Source of the DNA: Paludibacteraceae bacterium
Lineage (GTDB): Bacteria > Bacteroidota > Bacteroidia > Bacteroidales > Paludibacteraceae
Length of the DNA: 64,000 nt
NCBI GenBank assembly: GCA_051878315.1
Contig: JBJEJW010000031.1
Span: forward strand, 933 to 64,932
Reading direction: 5' to 3'
Shown: positions 45,517 to 53,657 of the stretch, piece after piece
How positions within the stretch are numbered: the stretch's first letter is position 1
Layout of the letters: each line of letters begins with the position of its first letter
The notes under the pieces: generated by a model
Seen by the model: the letters and a program-made list of their open reading frames with translations, nothing else
Told to the model about the DNA's origin: nothing
Database searches by the model: none
Made by a program: the position numbers and the translations under genes

Positions 45517-46453
45517 ATGGTACTAACATGTGTAGCGCTTGCGGTACTACTTCCACTTGCAGTGGGGCAGTGGCGTGCAGTTCTACGCCGTCGGTTTCGG
45601 CATCGATGGCGCTATCAAATTCGATGGTAAATTTGGTGGTGGCAAACGTGTGTGCACAAGGATGTTCAGGCAGTCGTCCCGAAAACAAGAGGCGGACGGC
45701 CGATGGGATTTGTCGGAGTTTGATTTGCTCCATGGCCGTGATGTGCAGCAAACCGTCGGTAGGGTTGGCTTCGGGCACTTGTTTGATGCCGCCGCCCGAA
45801 TAACAGCCGTTGCCTATCGCAACGGTGAAGAATGGGCGTTGTTCGGTTTTGTGGTCGTCGGTAAGACGCATTTGGTGTGTTTTCAACTTAAAAAGTGTGA
45901 TGAAAACCGATAGTGAATAGACCCACGCGCTACCGCCGAGATATTTTTTTATTTTGTTGGTGATGCGCACTACCGTACCGTCAAAACCCCAGCCGGCGCC
46001 GTTGATAAAGTAGCGCGTAGCGTTTGGGTTGTTGTTGTCGTGGTACGAAATTTTGCCGATGTCAATCGGAATGCTTTTACGTTGGAAGAGTTGAGCTGTC
46101 AGTTTTTTACGCTTGCGCGTGATGCCCCAATAACGTGCCCAATCGTTTCCTGTGCCATACGGCACGAGGGCAAGGGTTACGGCGTGTTTGTCGGCTATGT
46201 TTGAAGTGTAAATACCATTGACTACTTCGTTGAGGGTGCCGTCGCCGCCCACAATGAGCAAATGTCGATAACCTGCTTCGACCATCGTGCGCGCTATTTC
46301 AATAGCGTGTCCGGCGTATGAGGTCAGTTGCTCCGAAAAATTTATTTCGGCTTTTTTGAGCAGGTAGTATATGTTTGTCCAATCTTTTTGAAGGCGGCGT
46401 TTGCCCGAATAGGGGTTGACGATGACGCCCCACTTTTCGTTGCGTAGGCTCAT
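45515..46453 (-). CDS. Diacylglycerol/lipid kinase family protein (YegS/BmrU-like)
   Basis: 312 aa. It shows WGVIVNPYSGKRR and LLIVGGDGTLNEVVNG (the GGDGT motif). Confidence 0.85.
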   Translation of the reverse strand: MSLRNEKWGVIVNPYSGKRRLQKDWTNIYYLLKKAEINFSEQLTSYAGHAIEIARTMVEAGYRHLLIVGGDGTLNEVVNGIYTSNIADKHAVTLALVPYGTGNDWARYWGITRKRKKLTAQLFQRKSIPIDIGKISYHDNNNPNATRYFINGAGWGFDGTVVRITNKIKKYLGGSAWVYSLSVFITLFKLKTHQMRLTDDHKTEQRPFFTVAIGNGCYSGGGIKQVPEANPTDGLLHITAMEQIKLRQIPSAVRLLFSGRLPEHPCAHTFATTKFTIEFDSAIDAETDGVELHATAPLQVEVVPQALHMLVP

Positions 46454-46511
46454 TTCCTATCTTTTTTGCGCGGTCATACTTGTCGCAAGTAGGCAACGCG
46501 ATTTTGCAGCG

Positions 46512-46519
46512 CAAAGATA
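46512..46519 (-). promoter_or_regulatory. -7 promoter box TATCTTTG
   Basis: The plus strand reads caaagata. The box lies 58 nt upstream of the ATG at 46453. Confidence 0.45.
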
Positions 46520-46649
46520 CGTTTTTTTATTCGATTGGCAAAACTTTTGCAGTGCAAAACTTATCTATTGACGTGGAAATCGTTGATTATATGTGCTTTA
46601 AAGTTTTCTATTGTTTGCGTAGGGGGGATTGCTGCTGATGCAGATAGTC

Positions 46650-46685
46650 AACAAGCGCATTTTTCGAAAAATACGCTTGTTTTTT
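46650..46685 (+). terminator. Long palindromic hairpin with a T-run on the plus strand only
   Basis: The sequence is aacaagcg-c-attttt-cg-aaaaat-a-cgcttgtt followed by tttt. It lies 15 nt below the stop of the minus-strand lipoprotein gene. Confidence 0.55.
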
Positions 46686-46699
46686 GATTAATCTCCGTG

Positions 46700-47242
46700 T
46701 TATTTAGCACCGGGACCTTGTGGGTCGGTAAAATAGTAGATGGAGTGGTTGCATTTGCTGTATGGACTTGGGTCGGTGTCGGTGCATGTGCATCCGATAA
46801 TAATGTCGTTTCCATCGTACACGAAAGCGCATTCGTCGCACAGATTTGGCGTACATTTGTGGTAAATTTGCGCTTCGCGCATAGTGGCCTCATTTTCTTT
46901 GGCAAAAATAGGCAATGCTATTCGTGCCGCATGCTGTTTCCCGTCGGTGTCGGCTTCGGTGCCTTCTATTATAAGGTATGCCAGCCCTTTGACACGCGTG
47001 TGTTGTACCTGACAGTCGTCAACATTGATACATTCGTCGCCAAAGAACTTAAATGGTTGCCCTTTCTGTATTTTCCTGTACACGACTTCGGCCGATTTTG
47101 GGCCGATTTTTGCCACACACGTTTCCGTGCCATGAAAATAGTAGGCTTCTTCAACGGCTGCGTTGTTGTTTGCACATCCTGCTAATAGCAGTCCGAGTGC
47201 GCCGTAAACGGCTGCACATAGAATTACATTTTGTTTTTTCAT
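46700..47242 (-). CDS. Cysteine-rich lipoprotein, unknown family (paralog A)
   Basis: 180 aa with lipobox LLAGC. The C-terminal module is CTPNLCDECAFVYDGNDIIIGCTCTDTDPSPYSKC. Confidence 0.6.
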   Translation of the reverse strand: MKKQNVILCAAVYGALGLLLAGCANNNAAVEEAYYFHGTETCVAKIGPKSAEVVYRKIQKGQPFKFFGDECINVDDCQVQHTRVKGLAYLIIEGTEADTDGKQHAARIALPIFAKENEATMREAQIYHKCTPNLCDECAFVYDGNDIIIGCTCTDTDPSPYSKCNHSIYYFTDPQGPGAK

Positions 47243-47291
47243 AGTGATAATAATTTAGATAATTAAAAAATAGTGTGAAAATATAATAAGA

Positions 47292-47780
47292 TTAAAAATC
47301 TTGATCATCTCCGGGTTTTAATGTGCCGGTTGAAAATTTACAAGATGCAAATATTGCCGGAATACCTTCTAAACAATAACACCCTACTGGTGTACCATTG
47401 TCGTCAAATACCATTTCACAAAAACTACAATTGTAACCTTCGCAGGCGTATTTTGGTTCTTCTAAATTTAATGTCCCTTTGGCTGTTAAGGGATAAATTA
47501 CTGTTATAGTTTCTGTTGCTTTTGTTTTAGAAACTCCATGTACCATCAAATAATTGATATTGTACGATGTTATAATGTCAGTGTCAACAATATGATATTC
47601 ACTATTATCTTCTTTTGCAAATGTAATAGCATTTGGTTGTATACTTAAACTTCCCTTTTTATTGATTTTGACCAAAGCGGTACTGGTCGCTGAAAAGTTT
47701 GGATCTGTTGTGTTATTTAAAGATGTGCAAGCACACAAGAAATAACACATACCACATAAAATAATACTTTTTGTTTTCAT
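47292..47780 (-). CDS. Cysteine-rich lipoprotein, unknown family (paralog B, AT-rich)
   Basis: 162 aa with lipobox FLCAC. The C-terminal module is CEGYNCSFCEMVFDDNGTPVGCYCLEGIPAIFASC. Sampled G+C is about 32-40%, against about 50% in paralog A. Confidence 0.6.
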   Translation of the reverse strand: MKTKSIILCGMCYFLCACTSLNNTTDPNFSATSTALVKINKKGSLSIQPNAITFAKEDNSEYHIVDTDIITSYNINYLMVHGVSKTKATETITVIYPLTAKGTLNLEEPKYACEGYNCSFCEMVFDDNGTPVGCYCLEGIPAIFASCKFSTGTLKPGDDQDF

Positions 47781-47807
47781 AATTTTGTTGGTTTAGAAAA
47801 ATGTTGT

Positions 47808-47815
47808 TATCTTTG
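47808..47815 (+). promoter_or_regulatory. -7 promoter box TATCTTTG (for the regulator gene)
   Basis: Lies 108 nt upstream of the ATG at 47924. Confidence 0.45.
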
Positions 47816-47818
47816 CTG

Positions 47819-47826
47819 CAAAGTTA
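47819..47826 (-). promoter_or_regulatory. -7 promoter box TAACTTTG (for the lipoprotein genes)
   Basis: The plus strand reads caaagtta. The box lies 38 nt upstream of the ATG at 47780 and is back-to-back with the plus-strand box. Confidence 0.45.
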
Positions 47827-47923
47827 AGGGATATATGTGTCGATTCCAAATTAAAAAATCTTCAAGATGCACTTTAAGTATATTTTTAAGTAATTGATTT
47901 TTAATGTATTATATTTTATTAGT

Positions 47924-49534
47924 ATGCGAAAAATCTTCAACTTGTTTTTAGTGTGTGCTTTTGTGGCATTTTTTTTTGTATTGACGTGTTCGTGTGGCCG
48001 GTGTATAGAGAATGATGATTTGTCGCGTGCGGAGCAATATTTGTGGAACAATCGCGATAGTGCGTTATGGCTGTTAACTCAGGCTGAATCGGAAGGCTTG
48101 AATGCCGACGAGGAGCATTTGGCCGTATTGTTGCACTCGTTTTTTCGTTATTGTAGCGATAAACACATTGATATAGAGCCGCTGTCGAAGTCAATCAAGT
48201 TTTTTATGGAGGAAGCAGAATGGAATCGTGCCGGACTTGGATATTATGTGCGGGGCGCAGAGTATATTCGGCTGATGCAAAATGATTCGGCAATAATGGA
48301 TTTTCGGCGCGCCGAAAAGGTGTTGCAAATGGCTGATACTGTGCCCGATATGCAATGGGGACAACTTTATTATGCCGAAGGAACTATTTTTGAACAAGCC
48401 GGTATGAACGAAGTGGCTGTGGCTTGTTATCAAAAAGCCTTACCGTATTTTCAGCGGTGTAATGCGCTATATGTTATCAATACATATTGTGCGTTGGGAC
48501 GTGTCGCTGCCGATAAATCGCCTCTCTATGTCCGGCAGGCTTTGGCTGTAGCGGATAGTATCAGCGGGCAGGCCGATGTATGCCATCTGGTAGCCGGACA
48601 GATTGCCGGCGATGTACCACACCACTTGACATACTCGGATATGAGTGTCGAATTGTATCGGGGACTTGCTCCGAAATATCCGTATTACACCGCTTTATTG
48701 GCCGAGGCATTTTTGTGTCGGGGCGAATTGGATTCGTGCAAACATTATATCGATTTGTTTGCCGATGTTGTCGATAGATATGCCTGGCAATCGTCCAAAC
48801 TTGATTTTTTGCAAGCGTTGTACTTGGAGCGTTGCGCGCGTGAAACCGAGGCGTTCGCATTGCTCAAAAATGCTTATGTGCGTTTGGAACAACAGCAATC
48901 CGACCAAAACCGTTTGGAAACGTATCGTATTTTACGCCGTTTCGATGTCAATGAGGAAAAGGCCAAAAATCAACTGTTATTAACTGATATGCGGCGACAA
49001 CGTGCTACGTTTTTGGCGGCTTTGTTCGCTATTTTGTTTGGCCTGTCTGTAGCAGTTGGTTGGTGCATTGTTTTTTATCAAAATAATAAATTACAACGGC
49101 AAATGATAATCGCCGAACGTGAAAAGGCGGTGAATTTGTTGCGGTTCAGAATAGAGTGTACCATCAAAATGAATGTGGACACCAACCTTGGCAAATACAC
49201 GTTGGAACAGTTACCGCAAAATGTGTGCGATATTGTTTGTCAAACGACCTATTGCGGTGATCGTTGGCAAGTGTTGCGCGATGAACTATCGGCTGTTTAT
49301 GGCCATTTTTTTGCAACGCTGCGCACGATGTATTCGAATTTAACCGACAAGGATATTCTGATAGCGTGTTTGTTGGGGCTCCGATTCAAAAATCGTGAAA
49401 TCATATTGCTGCTCTGGATGAACGAGGGCACTTTCTATCGTCGTCGCGATTTGTTAAAGGAGCGCATGAATCTTACACCGCAACAAAAATTGGATGATGT
49501 ATGTCGCCAAATAATGGATGCAACGTCCAAGTAG
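47924..49534 (+). CDS. Membrane-tethered regulator: signal/anchor, TPR-like helical domain, one TM helix, C-terminal LuxR-like HTH
   Basis: Start re-picked to MRKIFNLFLVCAFVAFFFVLTCSC. A helical repeat region of about 330 aa follows, with TPR-like A/Y/L spacing. The TM helix is ATFLAALFAILFGLSVAVGWCIVFY. The C-terminus LTDKDILIACLLGLRFKNREIILLLWMNEGTFYRRRDLLKERM fits a degenerate LuxR/GerE HTH pattern. Confidence 0.6.
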   Translation: MRKIFNLFLVCAFVAFFFVLTCSCGRCIENDDLSRAEQYLWNNRDSALWLLTQAESEGLNADEEHLAVLLHSFFRYCSDKHIDIEPLSKSIKFFMEEAEWNRAGLGYYVRGAEYIRLMQNDSAIMDFRRAEKVLQMADTVPDMQWGQLYYAEGTIFEQAGMNEVAVACYQKALPYFQRCNALYVINTYCALGRVAADKSPLYVRQALAVADSISGQADVCHLVAGQIAGDVPHHLTYSDMSVELYRGLAPKYPYYTALLAEAFLCRGELDSCKHYIDLFADVVDRYAWQSSKLDFLQALYLERCARETEAFALLKNAYVRLEQQQSDQNRLETYRILRRFDVNEEKAKNQLLLTDMRRQRATFLAALFAILFGLSVAVGWCIVFYQNNKLQRQMIIAEREKAVNLLRFRIECTIKMNVDTNLGKYTLEQLPQNVCDIVCQTTYCGDRWQVLRDELSAVYGHFFATLRTMYSNLTDKDILIACLLGLRFKNREIILLLWMNEGTFYRRRDLLKERMNLTPQQKLDDVCRQIMDATSK

Positions 49535-49563
49535 CGTGAAAAACAGCGGCTGGTTGCGGTTCC

Positions 49564-52500
49564 TTATCTGTTGATGTGGAAGTCGTTAATGACCTGCTCG
49601 TTTTTCCATGTTTCTAATAGTTTGAATAGGTCTTTGTCGGCATTGATGCGTATTTTGTTTGCTTTGAAACTGGTTTTATAGTTGTGTGCTTCGTCGTACA
49701 CGTTGAAGCCTAATTCTACACGGGGTTGCACACCGTTAGATAGCGACATTAGATCGGCAATGAGTGGTTGGGTAATGTTTGATAATGGTATGTCAATATA
49801 GATGTTGCGTATCAGCGTGTCGGCTTTCTCTTCGAGCAAATCGATACTTTTGATTTTGATTTCCCATGTTTGCGGCGTTTCAGTATCGTTCTTTTTCCAT
49901 TTCCAATCAATGCCTCGTTGTTGCGAACAGCCGTTAATTAACAGGAATAGGTCTTTTTTAAGGAATTTCCCATAGTTGACATAGTCCTGTCCAAAGAGTG
50001 GAAATTCGTATTGTCCGGCATAGTCCTCGATAGTAAGAATGCCGAATGGCGTATCTTTTTTTGTACGTCCTTCGCGTATGTTCACAACCATACCACCAAC
50101 GGTGAAGTTGGTATTTTTTTTCTCTTGTATCAGATTGTCGAGGTCGGAGGTTTGTTGCGAACAACCATATTTGATGGCCACTTGGTAGCGGTCGAGCGGG
50201 TGTGCTGATATGTATATGCCGACCACCTCTTTTTCTTTGTTCAGTTTGTCAAGTATCGACGCCGCCGCCACTTTCGGTGCTGTAGGTTTCGCAATTTCGA
50301 TGCCGTCCATGTTCCCGAATAGCGAATTGTGGTTCATGTTTTGGTCGTTTTGGTAGCGGTTGCCGTAAGTTATCAGTTGCTCGATGAACGTGTCGTTTTT
50401 GAGCGTAGGAGCCAACATCTGTTCGCGGATAGTGTCGCCGAAAGTGTCGAAACAGCCGGCCAATGCCATACTTTCGATGGCTTTGCGGTTGCACGCCGTC
50501 AGGTTGATACGTTCTACAAAATCGTAGATACTTTTGTATGCGCCGTGAGCGTTGCGTTCGTTGACGATGGCTTCGACAGCTCCTTCGCCTACGCCTTTGA
50601 TACCTCCGAGTCCGAAACGTATGACGCCTTGTTTGTTGACCGTAAAGTTCAATTCCGATTCGTTTATATCGGGTCCTTTTACAATGAGTTTCATGCTTTT
50701 GCATTCGTCCATGAATTTGGAAACTTCAGTGATGCTGTCTTTGTTGCGTGTGAGGTTGGCTGCCATGTATTCGGCAGGGTAGTGCGCTTTCAGATAGGCT
50801 GTTTGGTAGGCGACCCAGGCGTAACAGGCTGCGTGCGATTTGTTGAAAGCGTATGAGGCGAATTTTTCCCAATCGCACCAAATTTTTTCGAGTATTTTTT
50901 GGTCGTGTCCGTTTTTTTTGCCGCCTTCGATGAATTTTGGTTTGAGCATGGCCAACATAGCGGCAATTTTTTTACCCATGGCTTTACGCAATGTGTCGGC
51001 TTCGCCACGTGTAAAGTTGGCCAAAAGGCGCGACAGCAACATAACTTGTTCCTGATAGACGGTTACGCCATAGGTATCTTTCAGATATTTTTCCATCACG
51101 GGGATATCGTACACGATGGGCTCGTCGCCGTGTTTGCGACGAATGAATTGCGGAATATAATCCATCGGACCTGGCCGATAAAGTGCATTCATTGCTATTA
51201 AATCTTCGATTTTGCTGGGTTGTAGCTCGCGCAAGTATTTTTGCATGCCGGCCGACTCGAATTGGAACACGCCGATAGTTTGTCCGTCGCAAAATAGTTT
51301 GTAGGTCAATTCATCATCCAATGGTATGTTGTCAATGTCGATGTCGATATTTTTCGATTTTTTGATATTGGCAATGGCTTCTTTGATGAGCGATAAGGTT
51401 TTCAGTCCCAAAAAGTCCATTTTGATGAGGCCAACCGATTCGATCACATGTCCGTCGTATTGGGTAACGACGACGCGTTCTTCGCTCACCCTGTCTTCTA
51501 CGGTGCAAATTGGTGCATAGTTTGTTAGGTCGTCGGCACCGATGATGACGCCACAGGCGTGAATGCCCACTTGCCGATTGGTATCTTCCAACTCTTCGGC
51601 ATAGGTCAGCATGGTTGATATGTTTTTGTCTGCACCATACAAATATTCCTGAAATTCGGGAAGGTATTTATAGCAGTTTTTCAGGTTTACTTTTGGCGAT
51701 TTGCCTTTTTCGTCCTTAATGCTGTCGGGGAAGTTGCGATCGGGTATCAGCCCTTTGATGGTATTGACGGTTGATAGCGGTACTTTTTGTACACGTCCGA
51801 CATCTGCAATAGACGATTTGGAGGCCATCGTTCCGTAGGTAATGATGTGTGCGACCTTTTCGTGTCCGTATTTTTTTGTAACCCAATCGAGTACTTTCCC
51901 GCGTCCGTCGTCGTCGAAATCGACATCAATATCAGGTAGCGAAATACGATCGGGGTTGAGGAAACGCTCGAACAGTAGATCGTATTTTAACGGGTCTATG
52001 TCGGTGATTTTCAGACAGTAGGCTACTACCGAGCCGGCTGCTGAACCACGTCCGGGTCCTACGGATACGCCCAATTCTTCGCGCGCCGCGCGTATATAAT
52101 CTTGCACGATAAGGAAATAACCGGGGAAACCCATTGTTTTCATAATGTGTAACTCAAATATGATGCGTTCGCGTTGCTCGTCGCTCAAATTGTCGCCATA
52201 GCGTTGTTGAGCGCCGTCCCAAGTGAGTTTGGCCAAGTAGTCGGCTTCGAGTTTGATGCGGTAGAGTTTGTCGTAGCCGCCAAGTTTTGTGATTTTTTTC
52301 TCGGCGTCTTCTTGGCTGAGAACGATTTCACCTTTTTCGTTGCGTGTAAATTCGTCGAAGAGGTTTTGTTCCGTGAATTTTTTGCGATATTCCTCTTCGG
52401 TGCCGAATGTTTCCGGAATGGGAAATTTAGGCATGATTGGCGCACTGTTGATGCTGTACACTTCGACTTTGTCGGCTATCTCTTGTGTGTTGGCCAATGC

Positions 52501-53436
52501 TTCGGGTAAATCGCCGAAAATTTCAGCCATTTCTTCGGGCGATTTCAGCCATTCTTGTTTGGTGTAGTGTAGGCGGTTCGGATCGTCGAAATCTTTTTGG
52601 GTGCTGAGGCATATCAAACGGTCGTGGGCTTCGCCGTGTTCCTCTTCGACGAAGTGTACGTCGTTGGTAGCGATGAGTTTGATGTCGTATTTGCGTGCTA
52701 TTTTGACTAATTCGGCATTGACTTCTTGTTGTTTTTCGTAGGTGTCTGTGGCGGCGTTAGGTTTGTCGGTTTTGTGTCGTTGGAGTTCGAGGTAATAATC
52801 ATCTCCGAATAGTTTTTTGAACCATTTTACAGATTCTTCTGCACCTGCAAGGTCATTTTTCATGATTTTTTGCGGGACTTCGCCGCCCAAACAAGCGGAA
52901 CTGCATATAATACCTTCGTGATATTTCTCTAATGCTTTGTGGTCGATACGGGCGTTGTAGTAATAACCTTCGGTGAATGCCAACGAACTGAGTTTGCACA
53001 GATTGTGGTAACCTTGCTTGTTTTTGGCTAATAAAATCAGGTGCCATCCGCGGGATTTTTGGTGTCCGGGCAAGGTTTCTTCGTCCAAATTTTCGTGGGC
53101 ACAATAAGCCTCTATGCCGACGATAGGCTTGAACGGGACAAAGTCGGCGGCTTTTTGTCGCAATTCAGCCAATTGGGTATTCAAAGCGGCTAACTTGTTG
53201 GCATCGGCGGTTTTGGCTATTTCCTCCTCGCATTCTTTTACCTTTTTTTTGGGAGCGTTGTTTACTTTTTCGCTGTAATCGAGAAATTCTTTGATGCCGA
53301 ACATATTGCCGTGGTCGGTTAGTGCCATGGCGTGCATACCGTTGCGCATACATTTATCTATCAAATCGGGTACTTTCGACATGCCGTCGAGGATGGAGTA
53401 GTGAGAGTGAACGTGTAGGTGAGTGAATTGTATCAT
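49564..53436 (-). CDS. dnaE: DNA polymerase III alpha subunit
   Basis: Start re-picked to MIQFTHLHVHSHYSILDG (PHP domain). The motifs GPGRGSAAGS and LPDIDVDF are present, followed by a C-terminal OB region. About 1290 aa. Confidence 0.93.
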   Translation of the reverse strand: MIQFTHLHVHSHYSILDGMSKVPDLIDKCMRNGMHAMALTDHGNMFGIKEFLDYSEKVNNAPKKKVKECEEEIAKTADANKLAALNTQLAELRQKAADFVPFKPIVGIEAYCAHENLDEETLPGHQKSRGWHLILLAKNKQGYHNLCKLSSLAFTEGYYYNARIDHKALEKYHEGIICSSACLGGEVPQKIMKNDLAGAEESVKWFKKLFGDDYYLELQRHKTDKPNAATDTYEKQQEVNAELVKIARKYDIKLIATNDVHFVEEEHGEAHDRLICLSTQKDFDDPNRLHYTKQEWLKSPEEMAEIFGDLPEALANTQEIADKVEVYSINSAPIMPKFPIPETFGTEEEYRKKFTEQNLFDEFTRNEKGEIVLSQEDAEKKITKLGGYDKLYRIKLEADYLAKLTWDGAQQRYGDNLSDEQRERIIFELHIMKTMGFPGYFLIVQDYIRAAREELGVSVGPGRGSAAGSVVAYCLKITDIDPLKYDLLFERFLNPDRISLPDIDVDFDDDGRGKVLDWVTKKYGHEKVAHIITYGTMASKSSIADVGRVQKVPLSTVNTIKGLIPDRNFPDSIKDEKGKSPKVNLKNCYKYLPEFQEYLYGADKNISTMLTYAEELEDTNRQVGIHACGVIIGADDLTNYAPICTVEDRVSEERVVVTQYDGHVIESVGLIKMDFLGLKTLSLIKEAIANIKKSKNIDIDIDNIPLDDELTYKLFCDGQTIGVFQFESAGMQKYLRELQPSKIEDLIAMNALYRPGPMDYIPQFIRRKHGDEPIVYDIPVMEKYLKDTYGVTVYQEQVMLLSRLLANFTRGEADTLRKAMGKKIAAMLAMLKPKFIEGGKKNGHDQKILEKIWCDWEKFASYAFNKSHAACYAWVAYQTAYLKAHYPAEYMAANLTRNKDSITEVSKFMDECKSMKLIVKGPDINESELNFTVNKQGVIRFGLGGIKGVGEGAVEAIVNERNAHGAYKSIYDFVERINLTACNRKAIESMALAGCFDTFGDTIREQMLAPTLKNDTFIEQLITYGNRYQNDQNMNHNSLFGNMDGIEIAKPTAPKVAAASILDKLNKEKEVVGIYISAHPLDRYQVAIKYGCSQQTSDLDNLIQEKKNTNFTVGGMVVNIREGRTKKDTPFGILTIEDYAGQYEFPLFGQDYVNYGKFLKKDLFLLINGCSQQRGIDWKWKKNDTETPQTWEIKIKSIDLLEEKADTLIRNIYIDIPLSNITQPLIADLMSLSNGVQPRVELGFNVYDEAHNYKTSFKANKIRINADKDLFKLLETWKNEQVINDFHINR

Positions 53437-53657
53437 ATTTTCGATTTTGTTTTTTTTGCGCGAAAAAGTGTTTCGGGGCTGTCGATTTTGCGGCAAAAAT
53501 GCTGTTTTTATGATTTTGCTCGCATTGAAATGTGTTTGTAAAAGTACAACGAATTTGTTGCTCGTACAAGTTATGACGCTCTAAGTTATTAACAAAATAT
53601 GACAAAAAACAGTCTGCTCGTAAGGAACAGACAGATAGTAAATGTTGTATGTCGATG

